DNA from: Vicugna vicugna
Taxonomy: Eukaryota
DNA: 64,000 bases
Direction of reading: 5' to 3'
NCBI GenBank assembly: GCA_013265495.1
Contig: MU058781.1
Span: 2,768,158 to 2,832,157 of the forward strand
Position numbers and translations under genes: made by a program
In this document: piece after piece, positions 13,200 to 27,203 of the stretch
Layout: each line of letters starts with the position of its first letter
Position numbering within the stretch: the first letter of the stretch is position 1
Notes under the pieces: model-generated
The model's input: only the letters and a program-made list of their open reading frames with translations
What the model was told of the DNA's origin: nothing
The model's database searches: none

Positions 13200-13799
13200 A
13201 AACAAGTTGGGCTTTTCTGAATTAAGCCTTTGCCTCACACGTCTGTGTGAACGAGACAGCCGGGAAGCCTTCTACAGATGGACCTTGGGGCCCAGGCTCT
13301 TGCGAGGCAAGAGCATGTCTTGAAGACACAGAACAAGGTGAACCGACACCAGACATCAGAGAGTCTGGGAAGGACGAAGCCCTGGTCAGGCTGCCCCGCA
13401 TGAGCACTGGGATTTGCAGGAGCCGTCAGAGGGGAGAGGAGGCAGCTGACGGGGTTAGGTTGAGGGGTGCCTCTCTCCTTCTCCTGCTGTGTTGGTGTAG
13501 CACACAGGGCTGCTGGCCTGGGCCCTGCCTTTCATGTTGGACATTCTCCGCTGTTGAGAGCGAGAGCGAGAGCGAGAGCGAGCAAACAACGGTTGCACGA
13601 GGCAGAGCCCCGGAGGCTCGGCCCCAGGAGTCATCTCCAGGCAGTTCATCTCACTTCCAACTGTCCACTGTTTTCTCACGAAAGCTGAAACCCTACCCGA
13701 CACACTAGCCCCCAGACAGCCTGAGCTGGCTATTGCCTTCAGCGGTGCTAATTCCTAGAGTCTTTACAGGAATCGTGACCCAGAAATGCACCTCAATAG
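13200..13799 (+). promoter_or_regulatory. CpG/GC-richer non-repeat patch with a (GAGAGC)n microsatellite, ending in a consensus splice donor; possible promoter or first exon
   Basis: CG dinucleotides are visibly denser than in the flanks. (GAGAGC)x4 at ~13556-13579. AG|GTAAGA at 13799/13800. Confidence 0.3.
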
Positions 13800-16261
13800 G
13801 TAAGAAGTTAAAAAAACACAACAAACAGGGGAACCAAACTGGGAGATAAAACATTCTCAAACTCTGGGGAACTCAGAAAGGGTATTTGGAGCACAATTCA
13901 CGCTTTGGTCAGCCAGCTCTGTTCATGCTGATAAGTCATTTTGAGGAAAACAAATGAATTCCTATCTGATAAACCAGCACATCGATAATGCCAAATTCCT
14001 TTCGCCTTTCTAAGACTCCATCAGAGAGGAGGGATAGATAAGTTTGTGCTTTGCAAGGGCCGAGGGAGGTAGGATTTACTGTAGATGCTACACAATGGAA
14101 TATTTCTCGGTTTAATCAGTTCTGCCGGGATTGTACTGAGGAGTGTCCCTTCCCCCCACATTATTAAGACATGCCTCCATGTCCCCATACCTGCTGTTAG
14201 AATAGTAGTTGATAAAATCTGTTTTGAGAGGGTCCATTGTTCTGATCACAAATAAGAACAGCTGAGTGGATCCCGGGAGAATTTTCATGATTTTTTTTTT
14301 TCCAAAATGTTTTTGACGGGGTGGTTCATGTGGTGTCCTGCCTAAATAGTACTGCCATTTATACATATATACATATAGCTACACAAACACAAAAGTTATT
14401 CTCCTGCAGTTGTCCTCAGACACCATGAAAGCCAGTGACCCCAGAGAAAAACAGGGTAAATGAATTAGAGACTGGGGCTGGATTCTAAATTGCTCACTCT
14501 CTAGATTTATAGAGCAACTTCTAAATTCTGCATCTAGACTGAGCATGAATTATACTGGTCACTTATCCTTTGCGATGTTAAATGGTGGAACACAAAGGGT
14601 CAAAAATGCCTCAATAATCTACTATCTGCAAGCAGGGCTTACACAAAGCAGAAAGGGAGCCCAGAAAAGCAATTTCTGATTCTTTCTGGGCAAGTTGAGG
14701 ATTTGTTTATACAAAAGATGATATTTTAGCTGGACTGTGAAAGATGGGCAGGAAACAGGCAGGTGCCTGTTTCCAAATACGCCTTGCACAGGGTTGGCCT
14801 GCTTTAATATCCATTCATTCATTCACCAGAAAAACCTACCTAGGTGCTGGGGACATAGAGATTAACGAAGTGGACTGGTTGTTTTCAGCACGCAAGATGA
14901 TGCTGTTGTTTAAGAACTACAGACAAGCGAAACGACAGTTATAACACCGTCTAATTAAAAACTACAAAGGACTAGGAGAGAGAGGCGGGGTGCTTTGGCA
15001 GCACATGCTAGAAGGATGAGGAAAATCAGGCTCTAACTGCCACTCTGCTTCTCCTTTGGCCCTTCCCCGCTGAGAGGAAGGGTCGTATCCTCTTGTAATT
15101 GTTTCCACAGCAACACGTCAACTCACTTCTTGGAGTCCCTTTGGACAATTATCGGATATAATTTTGCTCAAAAGTTTCAGAATTAAGGATACATTCATCC
15201 TTCTGTTTTGCTCCCTTAAGTCCAAATTAATGGGTCTTTCTCAAAATACGGATTCCACTGTGTTTTCCATTAGGTACAAGCCTTCGTGTACAGCTCTCCT
15301 CACTTCTCCTTGCCTGCTGCTGCCGGTTCTCACACAGTTCTCAGAGTCCCAGGGAGCACAGGTCCATAATGGGATGCAGATGGCACCCTTCTCTTACCTG
15401 TAGCCACTCTGCCTCAGACAATGGGACAGATGCCTGTCTGGGCCTCAGTTTCCCTTAGTTCCAAATAAGAAGTTCACACTAAGTGAATGCCTTTTCGACC
15501 CTCTTACATTCAGAATTTCCTTTTTTTGTTCATTTGTTAGATGAGTCTTTGAAATCAATAGTGCTTTTGTATCATTAGAGGGCAGACTTCCCTTGGAGTA
15601 GAAAACCAAGGAGAGTTTTAAGAAATTAAAATATTTGATATGAAGCATTGGATTCTTCTCTTGGAGGGTGAACATCAGAGAAGGGAGGACGGGAGAGCAG
15701 TGGAGATAATGAAGGAACCGCCCACTAAGCCTGGAGCAAATGTTCACTATTAACCGAATGTTTAGTGTATAGTGAAGTGTGTCGAACTACAGGTCCCACT
15801 GGTAGGTCATGAATCAGTTTATTGCACCATAAATAGCACTGAAAAATAAAATAGAACAAAATAGAAAACAGGGTTATTCCATTTAATAAGAAGAAATATT
15901 TTTTCATGAAATGTTGCTTCATATATGTGTGCGTGGGAACATGTTCTGAATCACAATATAAAATTTTATTTCCAACTGTATGTAGAAGGATGTATGTAAA
16001 ATGTATGTAAACATTTTGAGAAATACTGATCTAGGGGATCAAATGTTACTTTTAGGGTTTAATCTCTGGCTGAATCACAGCAAGACTTACACAGATAAAC
16101 CAGAGTAATAGGTATTACAGACCTAATACTCTTGAAGAAGTAGAATACATTCTATTTCATCCGCAGACACCAGCATCTTTTGCCTTGAAACTTATAGCAC
16201 TTTCCTCTCTTCTAAGTTCCTTTTCTTCTTCTATTTTAGAAAAAATTCATAAATTGATTTT

Positions 16262-16595
16262 TGGCTTTGAGATCAGACCTGTATCTAAATCCCAAATCCA
16301 TCCTTCTTTATGTGTCTGAATTTGGAAAAATTATTTAGCCTCCTTTTGCCCAGTTGCCTTATCTTTAAAATTGGTATGATTAATCTTTGCACCAGAGTTG
16401 CTTTCAGTATTTTTTTTTAAATGGAGGTACTGGGGAGGGGACTGAACCCAGGACATCATGCATGCTAAGCATGCACTTTAACTCTGAGCTATACCATCCT
16501 CCCTGCTGTTTTTACTGTTATCAGCTAATGTATGTAAAGTGTTTAGCCCAGTCCCTAGTATACAGTAAACTCTCAATAAATGATAGATCTTATGG
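16262..16595 (+). mobile_element. MIR SINE, interrupted by a younger SINE
   Basis: 'ggctttgagatcagacctg', 'cagttgccttatctttaaaattgg', 'atgtatgtaaagtgtttag...ctcaataaatg'. Confidence 0.8.
16409..16504 (-). mobile_element. tRNA-Ala-derived SINE (Vic-1-like)
   Basis: Reverse complement matches the 48176 copy ('gtatagctcagagttaaagtgcatgcttagcatgcatgatgtcctgggttcagtcccc'), with a poly-T on its left. Confidence 0.85.
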
Positions 16596-17311
16596 TTAAA
16601 AGAGAATTAAACAGTTTTCTTTTCTTCTTATTTTAGGAAGCCTAAGTGCAGAACAAGCCAAGTGACGGCTCACAAACCAACGTGGAACTCCCCCTCTTGC
16701 AGGTGCATGTTTGTCCTACCCCTGAGAACCTACGTATTTGGTGAGAATAATAAATTAGCACAGATAGCAAATAAAAAAACTTGATCTCAGCTCACATTCA
16801 CCTCCTTCAAACTGCCACTTGAATCTGCCTAAGAGGCTATAAAATTTCCAAGCTATTTTCCAGTTGAAAAACTAAAGAACATAATGTCTCTGTTTAGGGT
16901 GAGTAAGTTGGCTGCTGACTTGGGACGACTCACTGCCCTGAATGAGATCCCTCTTTCCACCTCAGGTCATTATCCTGAAGAATAGCATGAAATGTCATGT
17001 TTACAAGTAGTAACTTTTAGAGTGTCCCATGACAGAGGAATTCCACAATAGGTTAGGCAGTTGTTTTTAAATGAGTGTCCAAAAGTCTTGTTATTTCTGA
17101 ATATCACTAATTGGAGGTGATGAAATTCATGTGAACTTCATGAAACATGGAAAATCTTTTATCCTGAAGGTCATTTTGTGCCCTCTCTTATGGCCAACAA
17201 TCTCAGGGGACCCAGACATGGAACTTCCCAGGGATTGAGCTCACAGTTCAGTTTTGTGTACTGGTGAATAGATTGATGGTTTGTCTAAAACATACAACAG
17301 AATTATGTAAT

Positions 17312-17485
17312 TTTTGAGTTGTAAGGCATTCTAGAGATCATCTAGAATAAATTCTTCATTTTCTAGGTGGGGAGACAAAGCTTGGAGATATTAGATTATC
17401 TGCTCAATTTTGTCACATGTTTAGTGTGTGGCTCAGGACCTGAACTCAGACATCCTGTCTCCAAGCCCACTACCCTTCCCACTGC
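17312..17485 (-). mobile_element. MIR SINE
   Basis: 'tagagatcatctag', 'cttcattttctaggtggggagac', 'gaactcagacatcctgtctccaag'. Confidence 0.7.
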
Positions 17486-17689
17486 AATCTAGATTCCCAA
17501 CAATGGGTATGAAGTAAAGGCAGGTCTACTGTAGTTCAAGGTCATGGCAGGACTATTTAGAGTCGCCTTCACAAAGCAGGCTGTCCAATTCCCCTTCAGC
17601 CTTGCCATAGGACAACTTTCCAAGAGAGGCAGGAAACTGGGCTTTCTGCCACTCAACATATTTCTCTTTAAACCACAGAAAAGGACTGG

Positions 17690-18195
17690 TTCCTTTTCTG
17701 AAGGGCATTTGACTACATGTTTCAAAAGCTTGGTGAATATTCATGACTTTTAACTCTATGATCCCAGTTCTAGCAATTAATCATGAAGAAAGAAACTGAA
17801 CAAGGGCAAAGATTTAGTTACAAGGGTGCATGGCATTGTTTTTATAACAACAAGATCTTGGACCCGGAGGAACTGCTTAAATAAATGATGATATATTTAT
17901 ATATACATCATTGTTAATTTTAGAACCATAAAAATGATGTTTCAGAAAAAACATCTGATAAACTTAGGGAATGTTCATGATATATTGCTCAGGAAAAGCA
18001 CCTTACAAAACCGTGTATACAGAAGGATTCTAATTTTGTAACAAAAGTCTATATTTATACCTATATTTGCTTAAAATAAGAACTTAGATTAAATATTCTA
18101 ATATATCAAGAGTGGGTGGTAAAATAACAGGCCTATTAATACTTTTGCCGCTGGATTTTGCTGAAAACTTTGAACATATTTTATTTTTGTAATGA
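17690..18195 (+). mobile_element. Old L1 (L1ME-like) 3' fragment
   Basis: 'ctatgatcccagttctagcaatt', 'aaataaatgatgatatatt', 'gggaatgttcatgatatattg'. Confidence 0.6.
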
Positions 18196-21100
18196 GGCAA
18201 AAGTACTATTTAAAGTCTGATTTCTTCCTTCACTATGCTTAAGAGGAGGTGCAATGGTGCAAACAAGGATCATACTCTGAAGATTTGTTACATTTACTAT
18301 TTCTAGTCCTTCTGGTCTGCTGTAAATTTCATCAAGCACAAGATTTTTTTTTAAAAAATGCTTTCTCCTATACTATCTGAAGGTAATAGGTCTCAAACAT
18401 TCTTAACATCAAAGCCCAACTAGGCAGGGAAAATCTTCATGACCTACCCTCTCAGTCTATTTCCACTCTCCATCAGTCATATAAAATTGGAGAAACAAAG
18501 CAAAACACATTGCAGTAAATTTGTTGCTGACAGTGTGTAAGAAACACTTACTCTATGTGAAAATCTCTTGAGCTTATATACATGATTGCAAGTTATAAAG
18601 CCATGTTAAATAAACCTAAACTAATCCAGTAACATTATTACATTTATCTTGCTATTAAGTTACAAATCACTTACATAAAACAAATGTATAGATGGCATAT
18701 AACACCTGAAGGTGTTACCATTCAAGTAGGCTTATATCTGCTCTAGCACAAGGGTGTGGGTGAGTCATATCTGAAACAGAACACACACGTATCTTAGTTT
18801 AGTAATTAGGAAATTATAGGCCAAAAGTAAACTTGATGCAAAAATGCATCACTACACATTATAGGGTTAATCAAATAAACTACACCAAACTAGATTGGTA
18901 ATAATAAAGCGGGAGCAAGAGTAATTTATCACTGAAGACCAAGAATGACAGCCATTGAAAACTCCAAGCAACCAAATAAAAATGATGAGGCACTGATATG
19001 AAAGTCACTTTCTCAAAAATTACTGAATTCCAAATATTGGCATGTAGGCTGATGCCGTAGGACCTGGACGATGCTGCTAAGAGGCTGGATATTTTGTAGA
19101 ATGTGACATTAGAATCTCCAGTAAAATCCAATAACAGGCTACTCTTGGTTTATGACTGTGAAGTTCGTGTGGCTTGTAATGGTTTACTTAGCTGATTGGC
19201 TCCATGTAAAGTGGAAATCTATGACCTTGCACTGCCGCCTGCCTGCCGCCTGCCTGTAAGAATTTAGGAAAGGACTCATTTAGAATCAACACTCTGTCTG
19301 AGGGCCACCAATGTCCCACTGTAACACTTTTGATCACTGAGTTTAGGGGAGTCTTAGTCAATGTAAAGTGAGGGAATGAGTAAGAAATTGATTCACTGGT
19401 TCAACCGGGGCCTCTGCAGGGGCCAGAGGGTAGACTAAGAGGCTTCTTCTCAAGTCTGCAAAACTCTAGAAAACTTGTTCCTTTTTTTTTTCTCTTTTCC
19501 TCTTTCTTCCTTTTCTCTTGCCCTCTTCCTGCTCAAGGTCTGAGTGACGACAGAAATAAAAGATTGGTTGTGGAGAGCATCCCAGGCCAGTTTTTTTTTT
19601 TTTAATTTCCTTCCTGGTTATTTGCTTCTTAAACAGCCATCTCTCCTCTCTGAGAGATAACTGTCCTTTTCCATCACTATGCCTCTGTATTCCAATAAAA
19701 TAAAGGGGGAGCTTTAGAATTTTAAAAACAGAAAATGTTGGAATCTCTTTAAGAGTCTCCATCTTCAGGGAATTAGTGATTATGAGAAAATTCCTAACTA
19801 GCCCCAAGAAGAAAACCTGGGAATCCTAACCACTAGACAGACGCTGTGAAGGCTGGGCCTTCAGAGTGTTTAAGGATTAACTGTGATTTATGCAGTGGGG
19901 TGGGGGATATTAATCCCAACATCTGAAAGGACTTCGCATGACCCCCTCCCTTTAGAAATGGCTTAGCTTGTCAGCTGTCATCTGACCCTGACAATTCAGG
20001 TTTCCCTCCAGGGAGATTGTGGGACAGGAGGAGAGGTCTGGAGGTCTCCTGATCTTATGGGCACCAGGACTCCAATGGGCCGAGGCTCAGGCTGCGTGTT
20101 GTTGGGCCAGGCCCCGAGGCTAATTAAGGTCACCAGACTTGAGGGCACCCCTGGTCACTCCCACCTCTGCAGGTGCCCCGTGACTCCTGAGACTGTCTGG
20201 TCAGCAGGAGTCAGGCCTTGGCACCCTTGGCCATCGGTGAGGTTTGTCTTTCGGCCCCCACATTCCTGCTGTCTTACTCACTCCAGAAAAGATACTGATC
20301 GTTGCCTGATATTTGAGTGTTGACTGAGGTTGATCGCTACCTTTCTGAATGGAATTGTCACTTTCATATTTTCCTCAAATGGTGCAGAGAAGGTCATGAG
20401 GCCTAGAGGAGGTGCAGAAATACTGTGGGGGCTAGGGAGATTTTCTAGATCCCTTGAAATCACAGGATTGCTCCTTCCTCGGATAAGCTCCACTCCAGGG
20501 GGAATGGTGGAAAGGTGTGAATTCAAGTTGGAAACCATCACTGGCTACTGCCTGCTGTCTGTCAAACGACTTCCAACATGGAATTCTGGTTTTTTATTCC
20601 CCAGGGAAGAGACTAGGCCAATGCAGAAATGACTCTGTTCTGTCTTTACTTATACTCTCCTGACTATAGGGAAGCAAATGGGCAAGTGGCCTAAAGTAGC
20701 TGTGCCTCAGTTTTCCTCATCTATAAAATGGGTGTAATAAAAAATGGTAGCATCAGGCAGTGGTATGTGTAAAAAGGCATTTGGAAGAGTGCTTGACACA
20801 TGGAAATCACTGTTAGATCCTGTGACTGTTCCCCTCTGAGGCTTGAGGAGTAAGAGATGGGGACCTAATTTTGGAATAGTGCTCATGGGTGAGGTTTCTG
20901 TTTTTGTTTGTTTGTTTCTAAACTGAAAGGATAATAATTAAGTAATAGCCATCTTTTCTCACTCGGGGCATTTGGGGACTGCAAAGGCAGGGGCTTATCT
21001 TAGGAACCCTCCTTGGCCTTAAAGTGGTTTTCTTGGTCCAGTAGAGTGTGTACCATCTGCATTTTCTTCCTTCAGCTGCTCTTCTAACATAATTATTTAT

Positions 21101-21673
21101 TGTCTAGCTTGGTTCATCATGCACTTCTATCCATTAATTTTGTTTTGTGTCCCATGTCATCCAGTGTCCTAAGCCAAGAACCAAATTCTCTCTCAGCACA
21201 CAATGTTTAAAAAAAAGAAAGAAAGAGAGAAAAAGTTTGGGAACTTAATCAATCAGCTACTATGCAGTTAATCCACAAAATCCTAAGAAGCCAGTGTACG
21301 TTTCAGTCACAGGTGTTTTGGCTGATGGGTGTCCTGATACAGATCACACAATAATACTGCAACTGTGTGTTTCTGTGTCTGTCCTTGCTAGATTCAGCTC
21401 CTGGTAGATTCTGTGTCTCCCTAAAACCAACACAGCAGCTTCTATGTATATCTTATCCTCTTAGCCAGATACTTAACCTTTGGTTACAGAGACTAATCAG
21501 AGATGAAATGAAGGTTTCGTTCTTGGGATGTATATACTAAAAGGAGAGGCAGGATCACATGGCATCTAAGAAAAGAGGCAGATACACCGGTGCCTTCTGG
21601 AGCCCAGGATGACTCAGACATCAGCCTGCGTAGGTCTCCACTCTGATATCTGTCATTGACACAGCCATTTCCC

Positions 21674-22046
21674 TGTCTTTGATTTATCCCTGCTGCTATA
21701 ACAAAATGTCATAGACTGAGTGGCCTATAAACAACAGATTTAATTTCTCATAGTTCTGAAAGCTGGGAGATCCAAGATTAGGGTGTTAGTAGATCCTCTG
21801 TCTAGTGACAGCCTAATTCCTGGTTGCAGACTGTCAACTTCTTATTGTATCCTCACGTGGTAGGAGGAATGCTAGCTAGATCTCTGGCCTCTTCTTAGAA
21901 GGGCACTAATCCCAGTCATGAGGGCTCCATCCTTGGATCTAATCACCTCCCAAAGGTCCCACCTCCAAATAGCATCACAGTGGGATTAAGCTATCAATAC
22001 ATTAATTTGGGGAGGAGGAAGACACAAACATTCTGTCCACTACAGC
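21674..22046 (-). mobile_element. MaLR solo LTR (MLT1A-like)
   Basis: 'gctgctataacaaaatgtcatagactgagtggc', 'gggcactaatcccagtcatgagggctcc', 'aatcacctcccaaagg'. Confidence 0.9.
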
Positions 22047-25000
22047 ATCTCTTTGAGGCATCAACTTTCATTGTTACCTTTCCATACCTTCTTTCTCCAC
22101 TTCTACTGACCAAGTAGGACTCAGGATAGGCTGTGGGTGGGAAGGACTGACAGGCCTGCTCCAGACAGTCTCAGCATGGCAACAGTTCTGCCATTCTTTC
22201 AGTTGCTCACCTGTGCCTCGACAGTCAGAACAGGTCAACAGCACCACTTACCAACAGGGTCCCAAAGGGACCTTCTCCCATGTGCTTGTTAAGCAGCACT
22301 AAAGCAGAATTTGGGACATGGCTGTTTTGATTCTGCCCCTTGTGATGTACTATCAATAGACATGACAATGCCTGGGACATAGAAAGTCACATGTCTAAGA
22401 GGAACCAGCCAATATTTCAAATTCTGTGCCTCTCTCCAACCCTATCTGTGGCTACAGCCATTTTTCTTATCCCCAATAAATCTCTAAGCCACTGCACACT
22501 ATTATTGGCAAGAAAAGGACAGGAATGTACACCCCTAAGAGAAAGAAAATCTCCAAAGGCACAAATCAGAGCTTCCTGAAGTCACCCAGACTGCACACTG
22601 TAGTTTTGTTGTTTTATTTTATCTCAGCCTTTTTGGTTCAGTGTCAAGAAGAGGAGAGAAGGAAGCAACAAGCAACTCACAAGGAAAAGAGATCCAAGAC
22701 GAAGGAGAGAAGTTATGAGAAGGATGGTGAGCAGCTGACCTAAAAGTGAGGGTCAAGGGCTGAAACACTGTTTTACTAAGTAAAAAATTTGCTATGTCTC
22801 CTATTAGAATCTCTGTCCTTTTTGTCTTTAACCCTGTCTGCAGGGATGGAGAAAGAGAAACACATTAGTCCACTCAGGAGTGGGGCCAACTTATTAATCT
22901 TTTTACTTCAGGGCCCCTAGTATGTTTAAGAAATATTGTTTGAAAAGAGCTGAACAATTTCCTCTTATAAAACATAGTAAAACAAATAATTTTGCTATCT
23001 GTCCAATTGATTAGAAATCCTTCAATTAGAAGCCAAGTGTGACCTACTCCTTCTACTCCTGTGACCATGGAGAGTGACAATCCTGACTATAAGTAGAGCA
23101 AAAAAGGCTGAAGTTCATGCAGTGCCTGTATTGATGATCTTGGCAATGAGGTAAGACACCAAAGCACATTATTATTGTGTCAGAGCCTGACCTCTTGCTA
23201 GGATGAGGTTTGGAGCTGGCTGGTCAGTATGATCTGAGGACCCCTGAGAAGCTGCACCAGGAGCACTGAGAGCTTCCTGTTATAAATGAGCTGAGAGGGA
23301 AATTAGGCCTTGACAGCATCAGAACAAAACGGGAAGAGGAGCCTTGACACTCTAGTGCCACACAGGTGTCAGAACCAAAATTCATCCTAGTTTAAGAGGT
23401 TTTTGTTTGCTTTTTTAACCCTTCCCAGGCTGCATTTTTCCTCTTCCAGCTTTCCTGACAAGTTGTCATAAAATAGTTATGGATGGAACAGGATTACTGT
23501 CAGCCAATTGTTGGCCAAAAGAATAAAACCAATGAAAAAAAGCCCTTTCAGGGTGAATCACTGTCCTTCATACAACACATTTAAAATAGATCTTATTTAG
23601 AATGGTTTAAGATGAATAGAGGAAGTAAGTGGTTGCAAACTAGATAACATCTTCATCCCTGTCCCCACCCCACCCCACCCGGTTTCATCCTGACCTGATA
23701 CCTCCACATCATCTTCCTGCTGAGTACCCTCCCCTGGTGCCTTCCTGTATTCTTCTTATTATTTGGCGACCTCTGTTCTGCTCAGAATGGCATGCAAAGT
23801 GACTGCTTGTGGAACTGCTTTCCATTGTTATGGAGACAATAAAAGGATGTCTGATAAGCATCTTACGACAGATTTTTCTCCGGCTGAAGCATATTGGCGG
23901 CACAATTTTCCAAATTTGCATTCTACCTGTGGCTCCACGGAGGTGCTGGAGCTGCCTTGCCAAGAGAGGACATTGTTCCTTCATTTCTGGAGAGGCCGCA
24001 AGCACTTAGCCAGTTGTTGTAGATATTGTCTTAGAGCTGGCTAATTCTCACACTAACTGGCAGCTGTAAATCTCTGGTTGTTCAAAGGACTTTTGAACGA
24101 CCTCAGTGTTTCAGGAAACCCATTTGACTGAGAATCACATGAGCAAGTACAAGTACACAGACCACCTTAGTCTGTGGTTCAAGAAGGGAGAGGTTTAAAT
24201 AAATGTGTGAAAAATTCAAATTCTTTTCTAAAATGTAGACTAAAAAATGAGGCTTTGCTATATGGAATAGTCACAAAAGGAGGACAGGAATTTTTCAGAC
24301 TCTGATGTAATAGCTATTTTTCTTTCATTGGAGGTTTTCAACAGAGGCTCAAGGCTCATTTTCAAGAACATTTTTGGGGGGTATGTTTACATGGGTTGGT
24401 AACTACATTATATGGCTTTTTAATGCCAACTCTAAGATCCAATTTCTCTATGACTCCTTTAAAGAAGAGCACTTCTATATATTTAACATGTAACTCAGTT
24501 AAGGAAATTTCAAGTTACATGCCAGTCTGTAGGAATGTCTGTTGGCCGAAACAAAACTCTTGTTTATAACCCTCTAGTCAATTGTATGTATTATTTGTGT
24601 GCAATGTATCAGGTACCATACTAAGCATTTAGTACGGCAGGAAACTAAAGCCATTTCCCACACCTTCAATGAACTGAAATATTTATTCAACAAACAAGTC
24701 ATAGGTAGGCAGAAAATTAATTTTTAAATACCAAATTGTTGCCTAAAACCTTTGCCAGAGATGTGGGGGTTCAGATCTAGGAGAGAATATCCCAAGCTGT
24801 GAAACTAGGGCAATCTTTCATTAAAGAAGTGGGCTTTGAACTGTCCTCTTTGAAGAAATCGTTGACCAATGTGTTCTCACTACTTCTATTTAATTATATA
24901 TTCATGGTTAATCAGAAATAGGCCCAGAATAGTAAGCCCTTTTGTTGCTTCCTGTGTCTCTCAGAAGATCACAAAAATAAGCAGAAACGTAGAAAATAGC

Positions 25001-26699
25001 CCAGAAGTGGATTCTCAGGATAGCTAGAATTTAGAAAAATAAACCTCACAGGGGAAGGACAGAGTTGTTTATTGACAACCCATATCTTAAAGAATCTTGA
25101 TAATGATTTAGCATCTTGATTTTTCAGTTTAAGCTTAAGAATTTTCAACCTAACAGTCACCAAAACAAGAAGAAACAGCTGGAGGCAAATTAATGCCTTG
25201 GAAACTCTAGGTCAGTATCATCAATGGGAAGATGACTGCAACATTCTGAAATTGTTGAGCATAGCTAGTGGGATTCCTTTCAATGCAATGTGAATAATAA
25301 GAGAGGATTTCAGGGATTAGACTACATTTTGTAACATTTGGTAAACATAAAGCTCCTCCATTTTCTGTTCACCATATGTGCTGTATTTTTTTATTAGCAG
25401 AAAATTCCAGTGACCCTTAAATAATCCAGATTCAGTGACAGAACATGACTAAGATTCTGTTAACATTAAATAGATGAGCAAGATTGAATTTAGTCTCTTA
25501 TTTTGCAAGTCAAATAGCTTTTCTAGGCTGCTCATATACATTTTTGGTAGAAGGTTTCTTTTTCTTGCAAGCACTTTAAATAACATCAAGTATTGTTTAG
25601 AACCCAAATATTATACACTAGTTTCATAACGGGATAATAGTTTTTGCTTGGCTTATTAATTGTTTTAAACATTTTATTAGAATTGATAAGACAAGCTTCC
25701 AACTTACTTGATTGAGTTTCAATAGCTTTTTTTGTCTGTACGTTTTGGCTCAGGCAGAAGGAAGCAGAATTGATGCAAATAAGTACCCAGCTTCATCCAC
25801 TTGAGGAAAATTAGAAAGTTTACAATTATTTGTAGAGTATGCGTGCAGCCTGGTTCTAATTACTCTCTTGTATATCAGGAAGCAAGCCTTGTTTCAGACC
25901 CTCAAGGAGCCGTCTGTCTTACTAGGGAAAGAAGACTCCTACAAGTGACTTAATGAAGCAACAAGGTTGAACTTGAGAGATTCGGAGTCATAATAGGGTA
26001 AGAGATACCTATATGGGAATCAGAACCACGAGGGAATATTCAGAAGAAAGTACAACTTGATGTGATCTTTGAGATGGATTCCACTCTGGACAAGCTTGAG
26101 GGCAACAAGCATCAAAAAGGGGCCATTCTGTTCATGGCCAGTGAGAAACAATCACTTGATCCAACAAAGAAACAGAAAGCAACATTAAAATCAGACAAAC
26201 AATAAAAACCCCTTCCTGACAGGAGTAGAGGTACCCTGGGAGAACAGTAGTCACAAATGAATCAGTAGGTAAGGCGTGGCCAGGTGATAGTGGGCTTTGA
26301 CATCTAGGCAGAAGAATCTATAGTGATAATGTGGCTGTTTGACTCCCATACAGTCCTGAAGAAAGCTGGAGAACCCCCAGCTGGATAAGGCGTTCTCTAC
26401 CAGTGTAAAAGTGTTTTCTTTCAATTCCATTACAGAAGTAGGGAGGCAAAATTATCTCATTCTTAGTGTTGTTGTTGTTGTTTTTTAACCCATAACTTTT
26501 CTTTAACTTTCGGTTACTGCTGATGATTGTTTTTCAGCTTAATTCTAAAAAACATTAGGAGTGAAAGAACCATTCAATCCCCCAGAATCTGACAGTCTGC
26601 ATTTTGCTTTGCTTTTAAGGAAGGCTTGCACTTGGGGTTCTAATTTTTTTGGTTACATATACTTATTACAGTCAGATATGGCCACTGTTCAGTGTAGTA

Positions 26700-27005
26700 A
26701 CTAAGAAAACAAACCTCAGAGTAGAGTAAGACTGGATTGAATCCCAGCTCCACCTCTCCCCAGTACAGATCTTCAAGAAGTTATTATTATTATATTTTTA
26801 CCTGTGCCTCAGTTTCCCCACATACAAAATGAGGAAGGAGATAATAGTGATGATGATGCCTATCTCATAGAATTAAATATGTATCTGGAGTATAATATAC
26901 ATAATATGTGTGTGTGTGTATGTGTGTGTATATATCTATATATAGTTTTTAGAACAGTGCTTGGCACAGAATAAGCCATCAGCAGATGTTAACTATGATT
27001 ATTTT
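26700..27005 (+). mobile_element. MIR SINE with internal TG/TA microsatellite
   Basis: 'gaatcccagctccacc', 'tgtgcctcagtttcccca', 'tagaacagtgcttggcacaga'. Confidence 0.8.
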
Positions 27006-27160
27006 ATTGTAGCAAAAGTGCCCCTAATATTATACCATAATCAAGTGTACTAATATTTTGTTATATCTACAGAGAACACTGGAAAATATTGGATTAAAAG
27101 GTTTGAGAACGACGGAGTCAAAAATAGCAAGCAATTACAGTTTTTCGAAAGGAGACATGA

Positions 27161-27203
27161 TGACACAACATTGTAAATCAACTATACTTGAATAAAAGAA
27201 AAA
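27161..27203 (+). mobile_element. Extremely 5'-truncated L1 (~40 bp) with target-site duplication
   Basis: 'tgacacaacattgtaaatcaactatacttgaataaaa' matches the L1 3' termini at ~38262 and ~46043. Direct repeat 'gacatgatga' at 27154-27163 and 27206-27215. Confidence 0.8.

Noticed and set aside
13247..13708. 153-aa ORF containing ESESESESE
   Set aside because: It starts at a non-ATG codon, its low complexity comes from the (GAGAGC)n repeat, and it has no recognisable domain. The length is plausible by chance in GC-richer DNA.
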